Below are positions 13,054 to 27,491 of a stretch of 64,000 bases of DNA, in pieces. The stretch's first letter is position 1. Each line of letters opens with the position of its first letter. The position numbers and the translations under genes are program-made. The stretch comes from Octopus vulgaris. Taxonomy: Eukaryota. A model generated the notes under the pieces. The model was not told where the DNA came from, searched no databases, and saw only the letters and a list, made by a program, of their open reading frames with translations. The stretch is from the NCBI GenBank assembly GCA_951406725.2, contig CATOCA020000001.1, forward strand, positions 7,068,001 to 7,132,000. Reading direction: 5' to 3'.

Positions 13054-13166
13054 ACATACATACACCTGTATATACACACAGATATTATGTATAAATCTAT
13101 AACAGATGAAGCAATTTACATTTCTTGAGAGCCAAAGCACATACCATTCACTCTAGAATTGAAATG

Positions 13167-13206
<40 letters not shown>

Positions 13207-13719
13207 ACGTATTGAATGACTTCCAATTTCTTAGTGTCTTGCTACAGACCAAATATCACTCAGTGGAGCCAGGACTACAGCTAATAATGTTTTCTTTGTC
13301 TGAAGAACATTTTATGTAGTTATAGTCATGACTCCATTGATTGTTCTAGTGTTGTATTTCACTGAATCAGCTAAGACATGCTCACAGGTACACACACACC
13401 TACTTACCTACACCTATTTTGGCTTAATTTGGGCAGAGGGAATGACAGGTGCTCTATGATGTAATCATTAACAGGATCACCTTGAACTGACCTCTTAGAT
13501 TGTAAATATCTTACATTATTTATGTGTGTGTGTATATAAATATGTATATATGTATATAGACATATATGCATTTTTAAAATCATCTGTATTAAATTTTCAA
13601 ATATTTCTTTTTCATAAAGATTTTGTTGTTCCTTTTTTCTTGTTGAGAAGAGAAAAATAATTCCAGATATTGTCTTCTGTTCTGTTTGTAATTCCATACA
13701 TTCATATATCTGTCTGTAT

Positions 13720-14500
13720 TGTTACCACCTGGTGGCCATAACCCGAATTTACAGAATCAACAAAGATAGGATGAACCCAAAACAACAACACACCATGAAA
13801 TTTTTTGTAAAATATTATTAACAATTGTCAGCATGGAAAAAACAGCCTACATACAAAAACAAATATATACATTAACAAAAAACCAATGCCACACAATACA
13901 TGCAGTCAAAGTATTTACAAAGGTAACATATAAATACAGTTCAGAAATTCAGACTCAGAATTGCGGCTTCACCAACTTGATTTCACAAACTTGGATCTGT
14001 AACTCTGGATTCACAATTTTTGGTTTCACCAAAATTGGCCTCACACAAACCCTGGCTATACAAATTTGCTTTTTCAAAAAGATGGATTCCAAACATTTAG
14101 ATTTCATAAAATCTGGACTTCCATTTTAGTACAAATTCAATTTTTGAACCTTAGACCCAGATGTGACACAGAAATTTTTTAAAATCTGACAGCAGTTCTG
14201 GCGAATTCCTGGAGCATAAAATAAATCCCTAAATACCTAACACAAAGTGCGTAAACTAAACAGACAATCATAGCTTCCAAAATCCAATTGAACAACTTTG
14301 TCTCACAGAAAAAACTGTCAGAAAAACTGCGGGGTATAATTATCTTTGCTTATAAAGGTTTGCCAAGGTCTAGCCAATATGTTATAGTTTCACAGTTTTG
14401 GCTAATACTACCTAGCTTCCCCCATTTTGACAATGGACAGTGCAGCATGAAAAACTGTTTACCTGTTTAACTTAACATTAGGATTTAATATTTCCTAACA
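13720..14500 (-). mobile_element. Gypsy 3' LTR
   Basis: TGTTA...TAACA termini; preceded on the minus strand by the polypurine tract AAGGGGAAAGGAA (14501-14513). Confidence 0.7.
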
Positions 14501-14965
14501 TTCCTTTCCCCTTAAAAGGGAAAATTTTTATACGCAATAAACAATTTTCAAAAAGATACAAATATCATCCAGAAAATGTAGAAGTCAAATATGTACTTGT
14601 ACATAAAATATATACATGGTAAGTGCTAACACCTGGATAGTGCAAGTAAATTAGCATTTCCTGCAATATGACAAATATTCAAACTAAATTGTGTTGCAGG
14701 TACAAGCTCCTCTGATTAGTGCCTTTCACTTTATTAATGAAAAGTAAGGGATTGTGATCTGCTTCACCAAAGCATCAGCTACAGTAGTTGCAGAAACTTC
14801 TTTCAACGGAATTGTCTCTGGTGATCCAATACAGTTAATAAGTAGTGATATCCTGCCTTTGTTCTGGGCAATGGACCAACCACATCAATAATAATCTTGG
14901 AAAAGGATTCTTTTACAGCCAGAATGGGCTTTAAGGGTGCCTTGTCCATGGTTGCATTGGGTTTT
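14501..14965 (-). mobile_element. Gypsy integrase remnant
   Basis: PLKPILAVKESFSKIIIDVVGPLPRTKAGYHYLLTVLD, the start of the integrase core. Confidence 0.8.
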
Positions 14966-15139
14966 CCCACTAACTGACGTGTTACAAGTTCTACAATCAC
15001 AGACAACATTGAATGTACCCCACAACATAGACTAATAGTTAGTGACTTCAGGATCAGGTCTAAGAGACAACCAACATGGAGAAGAAGGATCTGGAAGCTT
15101 AAAGATCCTGCGAATGGACAGAGACTTAGGGACATATTA

Positions 15140-17803
15140 CTTGAAGCCGTTGACGAAGTAGTAGGAGATATAGCTTCACATAGGGTAGAAGACTACTGGA
15201 GGTCTCTAAGGGACAACCTGCCACGGACCAGATCTGTGGATGGTGCAAAGTACCCTCTCGACTCAAAATAATGTGGTGGTGGAACAATGTTGTAGACAGG
15301 GCTATTAGAGAAAAGAGACAGGCTTGGAAGGACTGGAAAAATGGTGGTAGCAGGGAATTGTATCAGACTGCCAAAAGAGAAGCTAGGAGACAGGTTTATT
15401 TAGCCAGAGGGGAAGCAGATAAGAAAAAATTTGCCAATGTTCTGCGCCGTGAGGACCAAAGACTGGAGGTGTTTCGTGTTGCAAGACAGTGTGTGAGAGA
15501 GAATCGTGATGTAGGAGAGAAATGTGTTCGCATAGATGATGGTTCATTAACGCTGAATGAGGCTGCAAAAGAGAGGTTTGGAGACACCACTATGAAAGGT
15601 TGCTGAATAAAGAAAATAAATGGGATAAAAAGAGTCTGCCGAATGTCGAGCCAACAGAGGGACCAGCTATCCGAGTTGACAGTTCCTTAGTAGTTAAGGC
15701 AATTAGTGGAATGAAGACAGGGAAAGCCCCAGGCCCATCAGGAATTACTGCAGAGATGCTTAAAATATCTGGTAGTGTCGGCTATAGTCTAGTCACCCAT
15801 ATAGTTAACCAGGTGATACATGAAGGAGTCATACCCAATGACTGGTGTAGCAGCATAATAGTCAATTGCTACAAAGGTAAAGGTCACGCTTTTAGATACA
15901 AATAATTACAGAGGTATCAAGCTGTTGGATTAGGTAATGAAGGTTACGGAGAGGGTCCATAGCCCAACTGATTAGGGTGAGTGTCAGCTTGGATGAGATG
16001 CAGTTTGGTTTAGTGCCAGGGAAAAGCACCACTGATGCTATATTCCTGGTAAGACAGCTGCAGGAGAAATATCTAGCCAAAGATAAGCCCCTGTACCTGG
16101 CTTTCGTTGACATGCAGAAAGCCTTTGATAGAGTCCCCCGATCCCTTATCAATGAGGAAACTAGGGATAGATGAATGGTTACTGAGAGCTGTACAAGCCA
16201 TGTACACGCTGTCAGTAAGGTGAGGGTTGGCAACGAGTATACTAAAGAATTCAGGGTAGAGGTAGGGGTCCACCAAGGTTCTGTCCTCAGCCCCCTCCTA
16301 TTTATCATAGTCCTCCAGGCAATAACAGAGGAATTCAAGACAGGATGCCCCTGGGAGCTCCTCTACGCTGATGACCTTGCTCTAATTGCTGAGTCACTAT
16401 CAGAACTGGAGGAGAAGTTTCAGGTGTGGAAGCAAGGATTAGAATTGAAGGGCCTTAGAGTCAACCTAGCTAAAACCAAAGTCCTAATATGTAGGAAGGC
16501 AGGCAAATCACAAACGCCTTCAGGTAGATGGCCCTGCTCAATCTGTAGAAAAGGCGTAGGTAGAAACTCTATAAGATGCACCAAGTGTAAGCTATGGACA
16601 CATAAGAGGTGCAGCAATGTCAAAGGAAGGCTAACTAGGAAGATAGTTTTTGTATGTGGCAGATGCTCAGGAGCAATAAACACTGAAAATGCGCAGAGAC
16701 CAACTTCCGCCACATTCCAGGGAGAAAAACTAGAAATAGTTGATAGCTTCCGTTACCTAGGTGACCAAGTCAGTAGCGGGGGCGGGTGTGCTGGAAGTGT
16801 AACTGCTAGAGTAAGAATAGCCTGAGAAAAGTTCAGAGAGCTCTTACCTCTGTTGGTGACTAAAGGCCTCTCGCTCAAAGTAAAAGGCAGACTGGGTAGT
16901 GAAACATGGGCTGTGACTGCTGAGGATATGCGTAAGCTCGCAAGAAATGAAGCCAGTATACTCCGATGGATGTGTAATGTCAGTGTTCATACTCGACAGA
17001 GTGTAAGTACCTTGAGAGAAAAGTTGGACCTAAGAAGCATCAGTTGTGGTGTGCAAGAGAGATGTTTGCGCTGGTATGGTCATGTAGTGAGAATGGATGA
17101 AGATAGTTGTGTGAAAAAGTTCCACACCCTAGCGGTTGAGGGAACCTGTGGAAGAGGTAGATCCAGGAAAACCTGGGACGAGGTGGTGAAGCACGACCTT
17201 CGAACTTTAAGTCTCACCGAGGAAATGACCAGAGATCGAGACCTTTGGAAGTATGCTGTGTGTGGGAAGACACGGCTGGACAAGTGAAACTATAACCCGT
17301 GGCTTCTACCTGTGACGTAGCCAGCCCACTTATGCATACCTTTCCTTCTTTGACACATACCCTACTTGTGAAGACCTATTGAGGCAAGCGAAAATCAAAA
17401 TCAAATAGCGAAATCGATCAACATCAATGGAAATTGTAGCTGTGATACCAGTGCCGTTGGCACGTAAGAGAACGTTGCCCCGACTGGCCTCCGTGCCGGT
17501 GGCACGTAAAATACACCATCTGATTGTGGCCGTTGCCAGCCTCGTCTGGTCCCCATGCCGGTGGGACATAAAAAGCACCATCCGATCGTGGCTGTTTGCC
17601 AGCCTCGTCTGGCACCTGTGCAGGTGGCACACAAAAAGCACCCACTGCACTCACGGAGTGGTTGGAGTTAGGAAGGGCATCCAGCCGTAAAAACACTGCC
17701 AGATTTGACTGGGCCTGGTGCAGCCTTCTGGCTTCCCAGACCCCAGTTAAACCGTCCAACCCATGCTAGCATGGAAAACGGACGTTAAACGATGATGATG
17801 ATA
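15140..17803 (+). mobile_element. RTE non-LTR retrotransposon, 5' truncated, with 3' UTR and (GAT)n tail
   Basis: WWWNNVVDRAI, KAPGPSG, LLYADD and FRYLG motifs; ends GGACGTTAAAC(GAT)n. Confidence 0.95.
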
Positions 17804-17960
17804 TACATACATATATATGTATATATATACATGCACATATATACATACATATATATATATATATATATATGGACATATATATATACATACATATATACAT
17901 TTACACATCTATACATACATATATATATATATACATACATATATACATATACATATATAT

Positions 17961-18241
17961 ATGAATGAAAGAATGGAGTCGAACGAAGATGTTAACAAAA
18001 TTCCTTTACTCTCGACATATGTTTCGAAGACAGCATATTTTTATTCCGAAGGAACACACTTTCCACTCATATAAATGATAAAGATAGCCACTGTAGTTTT
18101 AACAATTAGCTTCACGTCCACACCACTGCCTTACACAAATTCTTTCCTGCGCCTCCGAACATTTTTTCAATCAACGTTCACTTCTTCCTTAACTATTACT
18201 CCTTTATATATTCCATTGCTGCTACATATCTTTGACGTATG

Positions 18242-18279
<38 letters not shown>

Positions 18280-18883
18280 ACACACAAAATCAAACACACA
18301 GACACACATTTTCCCCTTACTACAACGTATATTTGACGTATGTCTCTCTCTCTCACACACACAGACACAAATGCAGTTATATATACACACACACAACGTA
18401 CACACACACAAACACTCGCACTCATTAACACAAGCACACACCTGCACATCTCCATACATACTGTCCCCTACCTATTTTTACTTCCTCCTTCTACCCATTT
18501 TTGACGTCAATGATTATAACGGATTTTAAAAAAAAACACTCCTTATCGCTGTGATCACCATGTAGGCAATCATCAAAATTTTTGTTCGTCTTGTGGTTGA
18601 GAGAGGCTCCTTATCTTTCCTGATGAGAAGATTGCATAATGCACCCCTTATTCCTTCGGAATAAAAATATGCTGTCTTCGAAACATATGTCGAGAGTAAA
18701 GGAATTTTGTTAATATCTTCGTTCGACTCCATTCTTTCATTCATTCATATACAACACACAAATTTCTACACAAGAACCCAGAGTCGCTTCAACTGTGTTT
18801 TCTGACGTGAATTTGCTACCCAGGTTTCGGTTAAACGAATTTTCCATGCTGACGATAAACATAGGATAATTCATTCACCTACT

Positions 18884-18887
<4 letters not shown>
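17961..18887 (+). mobile_element. Non-coding Penelope-type element with inverted partial pseudo-LTR
   Basis: 17961-18054 is the reverse complement of 18651-18744 (94 bp, 1 mismatch); contains a hammerhead; flanked by TA-type microsatellites. Confidence 0.8.
18615..18696 (+). ncRNA. Type I hammerhead ribozyme
   Basis: CTTTC CTGATGA GAAGA...TCTTC GAAA CATATG TC GAGAG: intact core, helices I and II, palindromic helix III, GUC cleavage triplet. Confidence 0.85.
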
Positions 18888-18936
<49 letters not shown>

Positions 18937-18940
18937 CATA

Positions 18941-19420
18941 TGGGAGACTTCAATCTACCCAACTATGCGAACGAGGACAGGCGAGGTCCCCCCTGAACCT
19001 CATGAACACTCTGTACATGGAGCAAGTAATACTCCAACCAACCAGGGCAGGTAACACACTGGATCCCCGCCTCACAAACAATACGGACCCCATCCATAAT
19101 GTGAAAGCGACACCGACGCCACTCTCGGATCACAACATGGTAAGCTGACTATGTACGGGCCAAAGGAAAGCATGGACATGCAGCCTACAAGAAACTTTCA
19201 GAATCCTTCCAGCTTGAACCTCCACAAGGCAAACTAGAAACAAATTGAGAAAGAGATCCTCAAACAAAACTGGCCTGAATGTCTATCCTCACCAGACATC
19301 GACATTAAACGCCAATAATTCATGTCCGTAATGCAAGCCATATGCTACAAATATGTACACAAGAACAAAATCCCTAGAGAGAGGAAAATTCCCATGAGAC
19401 GGCGTAAAACATTTTCAAAT
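18941..19420 (+). mobile_element. CR1/L2-type LINE AP-endonuclease fragment
   Basis: GDFNLP...MEQVILQPTRAGNTLD...TNN...LSDHNMV by manual translation. Confidence 0.75.
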
Positions 19421-19429
19421 TGCCTAAAC

Positions 19430-19619
19430 ACACTGCGTGGCACCTTCTACTATAGCCTTGGGCCGACCAAAGTGTTGGATTTGGGAGTCGGAAACTGAAA
19501 GAAACCCGTCGTATATATGTGTATAAGTGCAGGAGTGGCTGTGTGGTAAGTAGCTTGCTTACCAACCACATGGTTCCGGGTTCAGTCCCACTGCATGACG
19601 TGTTGGACAGATGTCTTCT
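19430..19619. mobile_element. Two partial tRNA-SINE heads
   Basis: Match to the SINE head seen at 58711 (GGAGTGGCTGTGTGGTAAG...GGTTCAGTCCCACTGC). Confidence 0.75.
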
Positions 19620-20070
19620 TCGAGGGTCGTGTATTACTTGGAGTCACCCATTGTGTCAAGGCGTATCTCCCAGTCCTCCAACCCACCTACAAGAGCATCG
19701 CGAAATATGACGTCCCAAAGGCATTCCACTTTGAATTTGCAGACACCTCACTGTCATCTACGACACGCTGCTAATATCCAAACGAATTCGTCCCCATCCA
19801 GGCACATTTGCTGTATCTGCTCATCGCTGGAGCCCAACTCACCGAACGTCTATGTAAAATCTTTTCTGAGGGTCTCGTTGCAGTATTCGTTAAGCTGAAA
19901 GACTACTTCGTTACACCCAAGTTCACTAGCTTGTGTGTAGTCTGAACATCTCAGCTCAAACAAAGCCCACTCCTCGCCTGTTCCAGCTGCGGAGATGACG
20001 GGGCGGCGGACCTTCACGGATTAGACTTTCATTGGAACGGCCTTTTGCCAGGCATTCCGATGGGCGACTA
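19615..20070 (-). mobile_element. Gypsy gag pseudogene fragment
   Basis: KVRRPVISAAGTGEEWALF...NETLRKDFT...GVCKFKVEC..DVIFRDALVGGLEDWEIRLDTMGDSK..TLEE with stops; resembles invertebrate Gypsy gag. Confidence 0.65.
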
Positions 20071-21066
20071 TAAAACAAAGCAGGGGCTAGAGACAAAAAA
20101 AGGATCAACGAATAAAATTGTAACTGTTAGTGGAAGGAGGATTCTCGAATTGGCGAACATTACAGTAGACACTGACATACAGCAGACACAGTTCTGTTAC
20201 TTTAATCACTATTTCTTTACTTCAGAATCTCAAAAACGAAGTCGAAAACAACATTTGAACCATTCATAAATAAAAGGAGATATCAGCAATATCTTCTCCT
20301 TATGCGACATTGGATATTATTATGTAACCACTAGTCATATTCATGATGTAAACATATCTTCAGTAATATGTGTAACAGGAAATCACTATATCCTGTGGTT
20401 CACAGTAGAATAACTACATGTTGCCTTCCTTGCTTACATTTCTTCTATTGTAGTAGGGAATGGAGCATGATTGAATATCTGTTACCAATATAACAAGATG
20501 TCTTCTACTTCACGAAACGAAAAAGACTTATTAGGAAAGATAAGACTAAAGTACAGAGATGGAGGCGACAAGGTGAATAACGAGTAGCAGATGTAAAACA
20601 AACAAGATGGACCTATGTCGAAGTAAACGTGTACGAAACAGAAAGAAGACAAAGAGAGAACTAAGTCTATAGCCCTAACCCTAAACCAAGCTGCGGAGAT
20701 GTCGGGGCGGCGAACCTTCACGGATTAGACTTTCATTGGAACGGCCTTTTGCCAGGCATTCCGATGGGCGTCTATAAAGCAAATTCGCGAACATTACAGC
20801 ATACACTGACATATAGATATACACGCACTACACACGAGCGCACATATACAGCGCCCAACAGAATCTCCACAAGGCAAACTAGAAACGCATACACACACCT
20901 TCATGCAAACACTACACACACATGCAGATAAATACATACACACACATATATATGGAGAGAGATAGAGAGATTCACACACATAAGTGTTTGTGTGTGTGTT
21001 TAAAGAAGGATATATGAGTTAGTTGTATTTGGTCCAAGTTCAGTTTCCTTCTGAGTCGACTTCACT

Positions 21067-21113
21067 GTCCAGACCCTTCGGTCCAGACCCTTCGGTCCAG
21101 ACCCTTCGGTCCA
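21067..21113 (+). repeat. 14-bp tandem repeat (GTCCAGACCCTTCG) x about 3.5
   Basis: Directly visible, about 80 bp upstream of the TTAGGG array. Confidence 0.9.
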
Positions 21114-21193
21114 TACATTATACCTGCCAAATTTAAGACACATTTACAATATTTCAAATCTCACTTAAAAATTAAAAAATATAAATCCTATTG

Positions 21194-21343
21194 TAAGGGT
21201 TAGGGTTAGGGTTAGGTTTAGGGTTAGGGATAGGGGTAGGGTTAGGGTTAGGGTTAGTGTTAGGTTTAGGGTTAGAGTTGGGGTTAGGGTTAGGGTTAGG
21301 GTTAGGGTTAGGGTTAGGGTTAGGGTTAGGGTTAGGGTTAGGG

Positions 21344-21378
<35 letters not shown>

Positions 21379-22337
21379 TGTTAGGTTTAGGGTTAGGGTT
21401 AGGGTTAGAGTTAGGGTTAGGGGTAGGGTTAGGGGGTTGGGGTTAGGGTTGGGGTTAGGGTTAGGGTTGTGGGGTTTAGGGTTAGGGTTAGGGTTAGGGT
21501 TAGGTTAGGGTTAGGGTTAGGGTTAGGGTTAGGGTTAGGGTTAGGGTTAGTGTTAGGGCTTAGAGTCAAGGTTAGGGTTAGGGTTAGGTTTAGGGTTAGG
21601 GTTACGGTAAGGGTTAGGGCTAGGTTTTGGGTTAAGTGTAGGGTTAGGGTTATGTGTAGGGTTAGGGTTAGGAATAGGGTTAGGGTTAGGTGTAGAGTTA
21701 GTGTTAGGTTTAGGGTTAGGGATAGGGGTAGGGTTAGTGTTAGGGGTTAGTGTTAGGTTTAGGGTTAGAGATAGGGGTAGGGTTAGTGTTAGGGTTAGGG
21801 TTAGTGTTAGGTTTAGGGTTAGGGATAGGGGTAGGGTTAGTGTTAGGGTTAGTGTTAGGTTTAGGGTTAGGGATAGGGGTAGGGTTAGTGTTAGGGTGAG
21901 GGTGAGTGGTTAGGGTTAGGGTTAGGGTCAGGGATAGTGTTAGGTTTAGGGTTAGGGTTAGTGTTACGGTTAGGTATAGAGTTAGTGTTAGGTCTAGGGT
22001 TTGGATTAGGGTTACGGTTAGGGTAAGGGTCAGGGGTTAGAGTCAGGGTTAGTTTAGGGTTAGGAGTTAGGGTTAGGGGTTAGTGTTAGGGTTAGGGTTA
22101 GGGTTTGCTTTAGAGTTAGGGTTAGGGTTAAGGGTTGAGTTAGGGTTAGGGGCTAGAGTCAGGTTTAGGGTTAGGGTTAGTTTAGGGCGAGGGTTAGAGT
22201 TAGGCGTTATGGTTAGGGTTGGGGTTAGTTTTAGGGTCAGGTTTAGGTTTAGTGTTAGGGTTAGGGTAAGGGTTTTGGTTAGGGTAATGGGTAGAGTTAG
22301 GGTTAGGTTTATGGTTCGGATTACGGTTAGAGTTAGT
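21194..22337 (+). repeat. Interstitial telomere-like (TTAGGG)n array 1, degenerate
   Basis: About 1.15 kb of TTAGGG with TTAGTG, TTAGGT, ATAGGG and GTAGGG variants. Confidence 0.95.
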
Positions 22338-22633
22338 ATCAAATATAAGTTAATTGATAGAAAAACACACACAAAAGACACACAAAACACGCACAATACA
22401 CATACAAAACAAAAAAAACACACCAAAGACACAAATAACACGAAAAACAACAAAACAAACAATACACATACAAAACAAAAAAAACACACAAAACACGCAA
22501 AACACACAAAACACACACAAATCGCATAGAACACACACAAAACACACAAAATACACACAAGGAACACAGAAAGCACACACACAAAATACACGCAGCAGGA
22601 ACGCAAAACACACACAAAACAAACACAGAACAT

Positions 22634-25600
22634 AACCAAAACACACACAAAACACAAATAAAAAAATAATGAAACACACACCAAACACAAAAAAACAGCA
22701 ACAAAACAATTACAAAACACACACAAAACACAAATAAAAAAATAATGAAACACACACCAAACACAAAAAAACAGCAACAAAACAATTACAAAACACACAC
22801 AAAACACAAATAAAGAAATAATGAAACACACACCAAACACAAAAAAACAGCAACAAAACAATTACAAAACACACAAAACACAAATAAAGAAATAATGAAA
22901 CACACACCAAACACAAAAAAACAGCAACAAAACAATTACAAAACACACACAAAACACAAATAAAGAAATAATGAAACACACACCAAACACAAAAAAACAG
23001 CAACAAAACAATTACAAAACACACACAAAACACAAATAAAAAAATAATGAAACACACACCAAACACAAAAAAACAGCAACAAAACAATTACAAAACACAC
23101 ACAAAACACAAATAAAAAAATAATGAAACACACCAAACACAAAAAAACAGCAACAAAACAATTACAAAACACACACAAAACACAAATAAAAAAATAATGA
23201 AACACACACCAAACACAAAAAAACAGCAACAAAACAATTACAAAACACACACAAAACACAAATAAAAAAATAATGAAACACACCAAACACAAAAAAACAG
23301 CAACAAAACAACTACAAAACACACACAAAACACAAATAAAAAAATAATGAAACACACACCAAACACAAAAAAACAGCAACAAAACAATTACAAAACACAC
23401 ACAAAACACAAATAAAAAAATAATGAAACACACCAAACACAAAAAAACAGCAACAAAACAATTACAAAACACACACAAAACACAAATAAAAAAATAATGA
23501 AACACAACAAACACAAAAAAACAGCAACAAAACAATTACAAAACACACACAAAACACAAATAAAAAAATAATGAAACACACACCAAACACAAAAAAACAG
23601 CAACAAAACAATTACAAAACACACACAAAACACAAATAAAAAAATAATGAAACACACCAAACACAAAAAAACAGCAACAAAACAATTACAAAACACACAC
23701 AAAACACAAATAAAAAAATAATGAAACACACCAAACACAAAAAAACAGCAACAAAACAATTACAAAACACACACAAAACACAAATAAAAAAATAATGAAA
23801 CACACACCAAACACAAAAAAACAGCAACAAAACAATTACAAAACACACACAAAACACAAATAAAAAAATAATGAAACACACACCAAACACAAAAAAACAG
23901 CAACAAAACAATTACAAAACACACACAAAACACAAATAAAAAAATAATGAAACACACACCAAACACAAAAAAACAGCAACAAAACAATTACAAAACACAC
24001 ACAAAACACAAATAAAAAAATAATGAAACACACACCAAACACAAAAAAACAGCAACAAAACAATTACAAAACACACACAAAACACAAATAAAAAAATAAT
24101 GAAACACACACCAAACACAAAAAAACAGCAACAAAACAATTACAAAACACACACAAAACACAAATAAAAAAATAATGAAACACACACCAAACACAAAAAA
24201 ACAGCAACAAAACAATTACAAAACACACACAAAACACAAATAAAAAAATAATGAAACACACACCAAACACAAAAAAACAGCAACAAAACAATTACAAAAC
24301 ACACACAAAACACAAATAAAAAAATAATGAAACACACACCAAACACAAAAAACAGCAACAAAACAATTACAAAACACACACAAAACACAAATAAAAAAAT
24401 AATGAAACACACCAAACACAAAAAAACAGCAACAAAACAATTACAAAACACACACAAAACACAAATAAAAAAATAATGAAACACACCAAACACAAAAAAA
24501 CAGCAACAAAACAATTACAAAACACACACAAAACACAAATAAAAAAATAATGAAACACACCAAACACAAAAAAACAGCAACAAAACAATTACAAAACACA
24601 CACAAAACACAAATAAAAAAATAATGAAACACACCAAACACAAAAAAACAGCAACAAAACAATTACAAAACACACACAAAACACAAATAAAAAAATAATG
24701 AAACACACCAAACACAAAAAAACAGCAACAAAACAATTACAAAACACACACAAAACACAAATAAAAAAATAATGAAACACACCAAACACAAAAAAACAGC
24801 AACAAAACAATTACAAAACACACACAAAACACAAATAAAAAAATAATGAAACACACACCAAACACAAAAAAACAGCAACAAAACAATTACAAAACACACA
24901 CAAAACACAAATAAAGAAATAATTAAACACACACCAAACACAAAAAAACAGCAACAAAACAATTACAAAACACACACAAAACACAAATAAAAAAATAATG
25001 AAACACACACCAAACACAAAAAACAGCAACAAAACAATTACAAAACACACACAAAACACAAATAAAAAAATAATGAAACACACACCAAACACAAAAAACA
25101 GCAACAAAACAATTACAAAACACACACAAAACACAAATAAAAAAATAATGAAACACACACCAAACACAAAAAAACAGCAACAAAACAATTACAAAACACA
25201 CACAAAACACAAATAAAAAAATAATGAAACACACACCAAACACAAAAAAACAGCAACAAAACAATTACAAAACACACACAAAACACAAATAAAAAAATAA
25301 TGAAACACACACCAAACACAAAAAAACAGCAACAAAACAATTACAAAACACACACAAAACACAAATAAAAAAATAATGAAACACACACCAAACACAAAAA
25401 AACAGCAACAAAACAATTACAAAACACACACAAAACACAAATAAAAAAATAATGAAACACACACCAAACACAAAAAAACAGCAACAAAACAATTACAAAA
25501 CACACACAAAACACAAATAAAAAAATAATGAAACACACACCAAACACAAAAAAACAGCAACAAAACAATTACAAAACACACACAAAACACAAAAAAACAG

Positions 25601-27340
25601 CAACAAAACAATTACAAAACACACACAAAACACAAATAAAAAAATAATGAAACACACACCAAACACAAAAAAACAGCAACAAAACAATTACAAAACACAC
25701 ACAAAACACAAATAAAGAAATAATGAAACACACACCAAACACAAAAAAACAGCAACAAAACAATTACAAAACACACACAAAACACAAATAAAAAAATAAT
25801 GAAACACACACCAAACACAAAAAAACAGCAACAAAACAATTACAAAACACACACAAAACACAAATAAAGAAATAATGAAACACACACCAAACACAAAAAA
25901 ACAGCAACAAAACAATTACAAAACACACACAAAACACAAATAAAAAAATAATGAAACACACACAAAACACAAAAAAACAGCAACAAAACAATTACAAAAC
26001 ACACACAAAACACAAAAAAACAGCAACAAAACAATTACAAAACACACACAAAACACAAATAAAAAAATAATGAAACACACACCAAACACAAAAAAACAGC
26101 AACAAAACAATTACAAAACACACACAAAACACAAATAAAGAAATAATGAAACACACACCAAACACAAAAAACAGCAACAAAACAATTACAAAACACACAC
26201 AAAACACAAATAAAAAAATAATGAAACACACACCAAACACAAAAAAACAGCAACAAAACAATTACAAAACACACACAAAACACAAATAAAAAAAATAATG
26301 AAACACACACCAAACACAAAAAAACAGCAACAAAACAATTACAAAACACACACAAAACACAAATAAAAAAATAATGAAACACACACCAAACACAAAAAAA
26401 CAGCAACAAAACAATTACAAAACACACACAAAACACAAATAAAAAAATAATGAAACACACACCAAACACAAAAAAACAGCAACAAAACAATTACAAAACA
26501 CACACAAAACACAAATAAAAAAATAATGAAACACACACCAAACACAAAAAAACAGCAACAAAACAATTACAAAACACACACAAAACACAAATAAAAAATA
26601 ATGAAACACACACCAAACACAAAAAAACAGCAACAAAACAATTACAAAACACACACAAAACACAAATAAAAAAATAATGAAACACACACCAAACACAAAA
26701 AAACAGCAACAAAACAATTACAAAACACACACAAAACACAAATAAAAAAATAATGAAACACACACCAAACACAAAAAAACAGCAACAAAACAATTACAAA
26801 ACACACACAAAACACAACACAAAAAAAATAATGAAACACACAACAAAACAAAAAAACACAACAAAACAAATTACAAAACACACACAAAACACAAATAAAA
26901 AATAATGAAACACACACCAAACACAAAAAAACAGCAACAAAACAATTACAAAAAACACACACAAATAAAAAATAATGAAACACACACCAAAACAAAAAAA
27001 CAGCAACAAAACAATTACAAAACACACACAAAACACAAATAAAAAAATAATGAAACACACACCAAACACAAAAAAACAGCAACAAAACAATTACAAAACA
27101 CACACAACAACACAAACAAAAAAATAATGAAACACACACCAAACACAAAAAAACAGCAACAAAACAATTACAAAACACACACAAAACACAAATAAAAAAA
27201 TAATGAAACACACACCAAACACAAAAAAACAGCAACAAAACAATTACAAAACACACACAAAACACAAATAAAAAAATAATGAAACACACACCAAACACAA
27301 AAAAACAGCAACAAAACAATTACAAAACACACACAAAACA
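22634..27340 (+). repeat. 76-bp A/C-rich satellite, about 62 copies
   Basis: Unit TTACAAAACACACACAAAACACAAATAAAAAAATAATGAAACACACACCAAACACAAAAAAACAGCAACAAAACAA, with 74-, 75- and 43-bp variants. Confidence 0.97.
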
Positions 27341-27455
27341 AACGAGACATACAGAACATGCAAAACACACAAAACACACCTGAAATCACACAACCCACAC
27401 AACACAACTACTACTACTATTACTAATACTACTACAACTCCTCCTCCTCCTCCTC

Positions 27456-27491
<36 letters not shown>

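Noticed and set aside
12700-13700. Exon-like minus-strand segments with a GTAAGT donor near 13407
   Set aside because: Frames do not join without stops and no protein family is recognisable.
21257-22529. LG and RV dipeptide-repeat ORFs
   Set aside because: Reading frames of TTAGGG; no evidence of expression.
22634-27340. CRISPR-like array
   Set aside because: Contiguous units without unique spacers, eukaryotic context, no cas genes.
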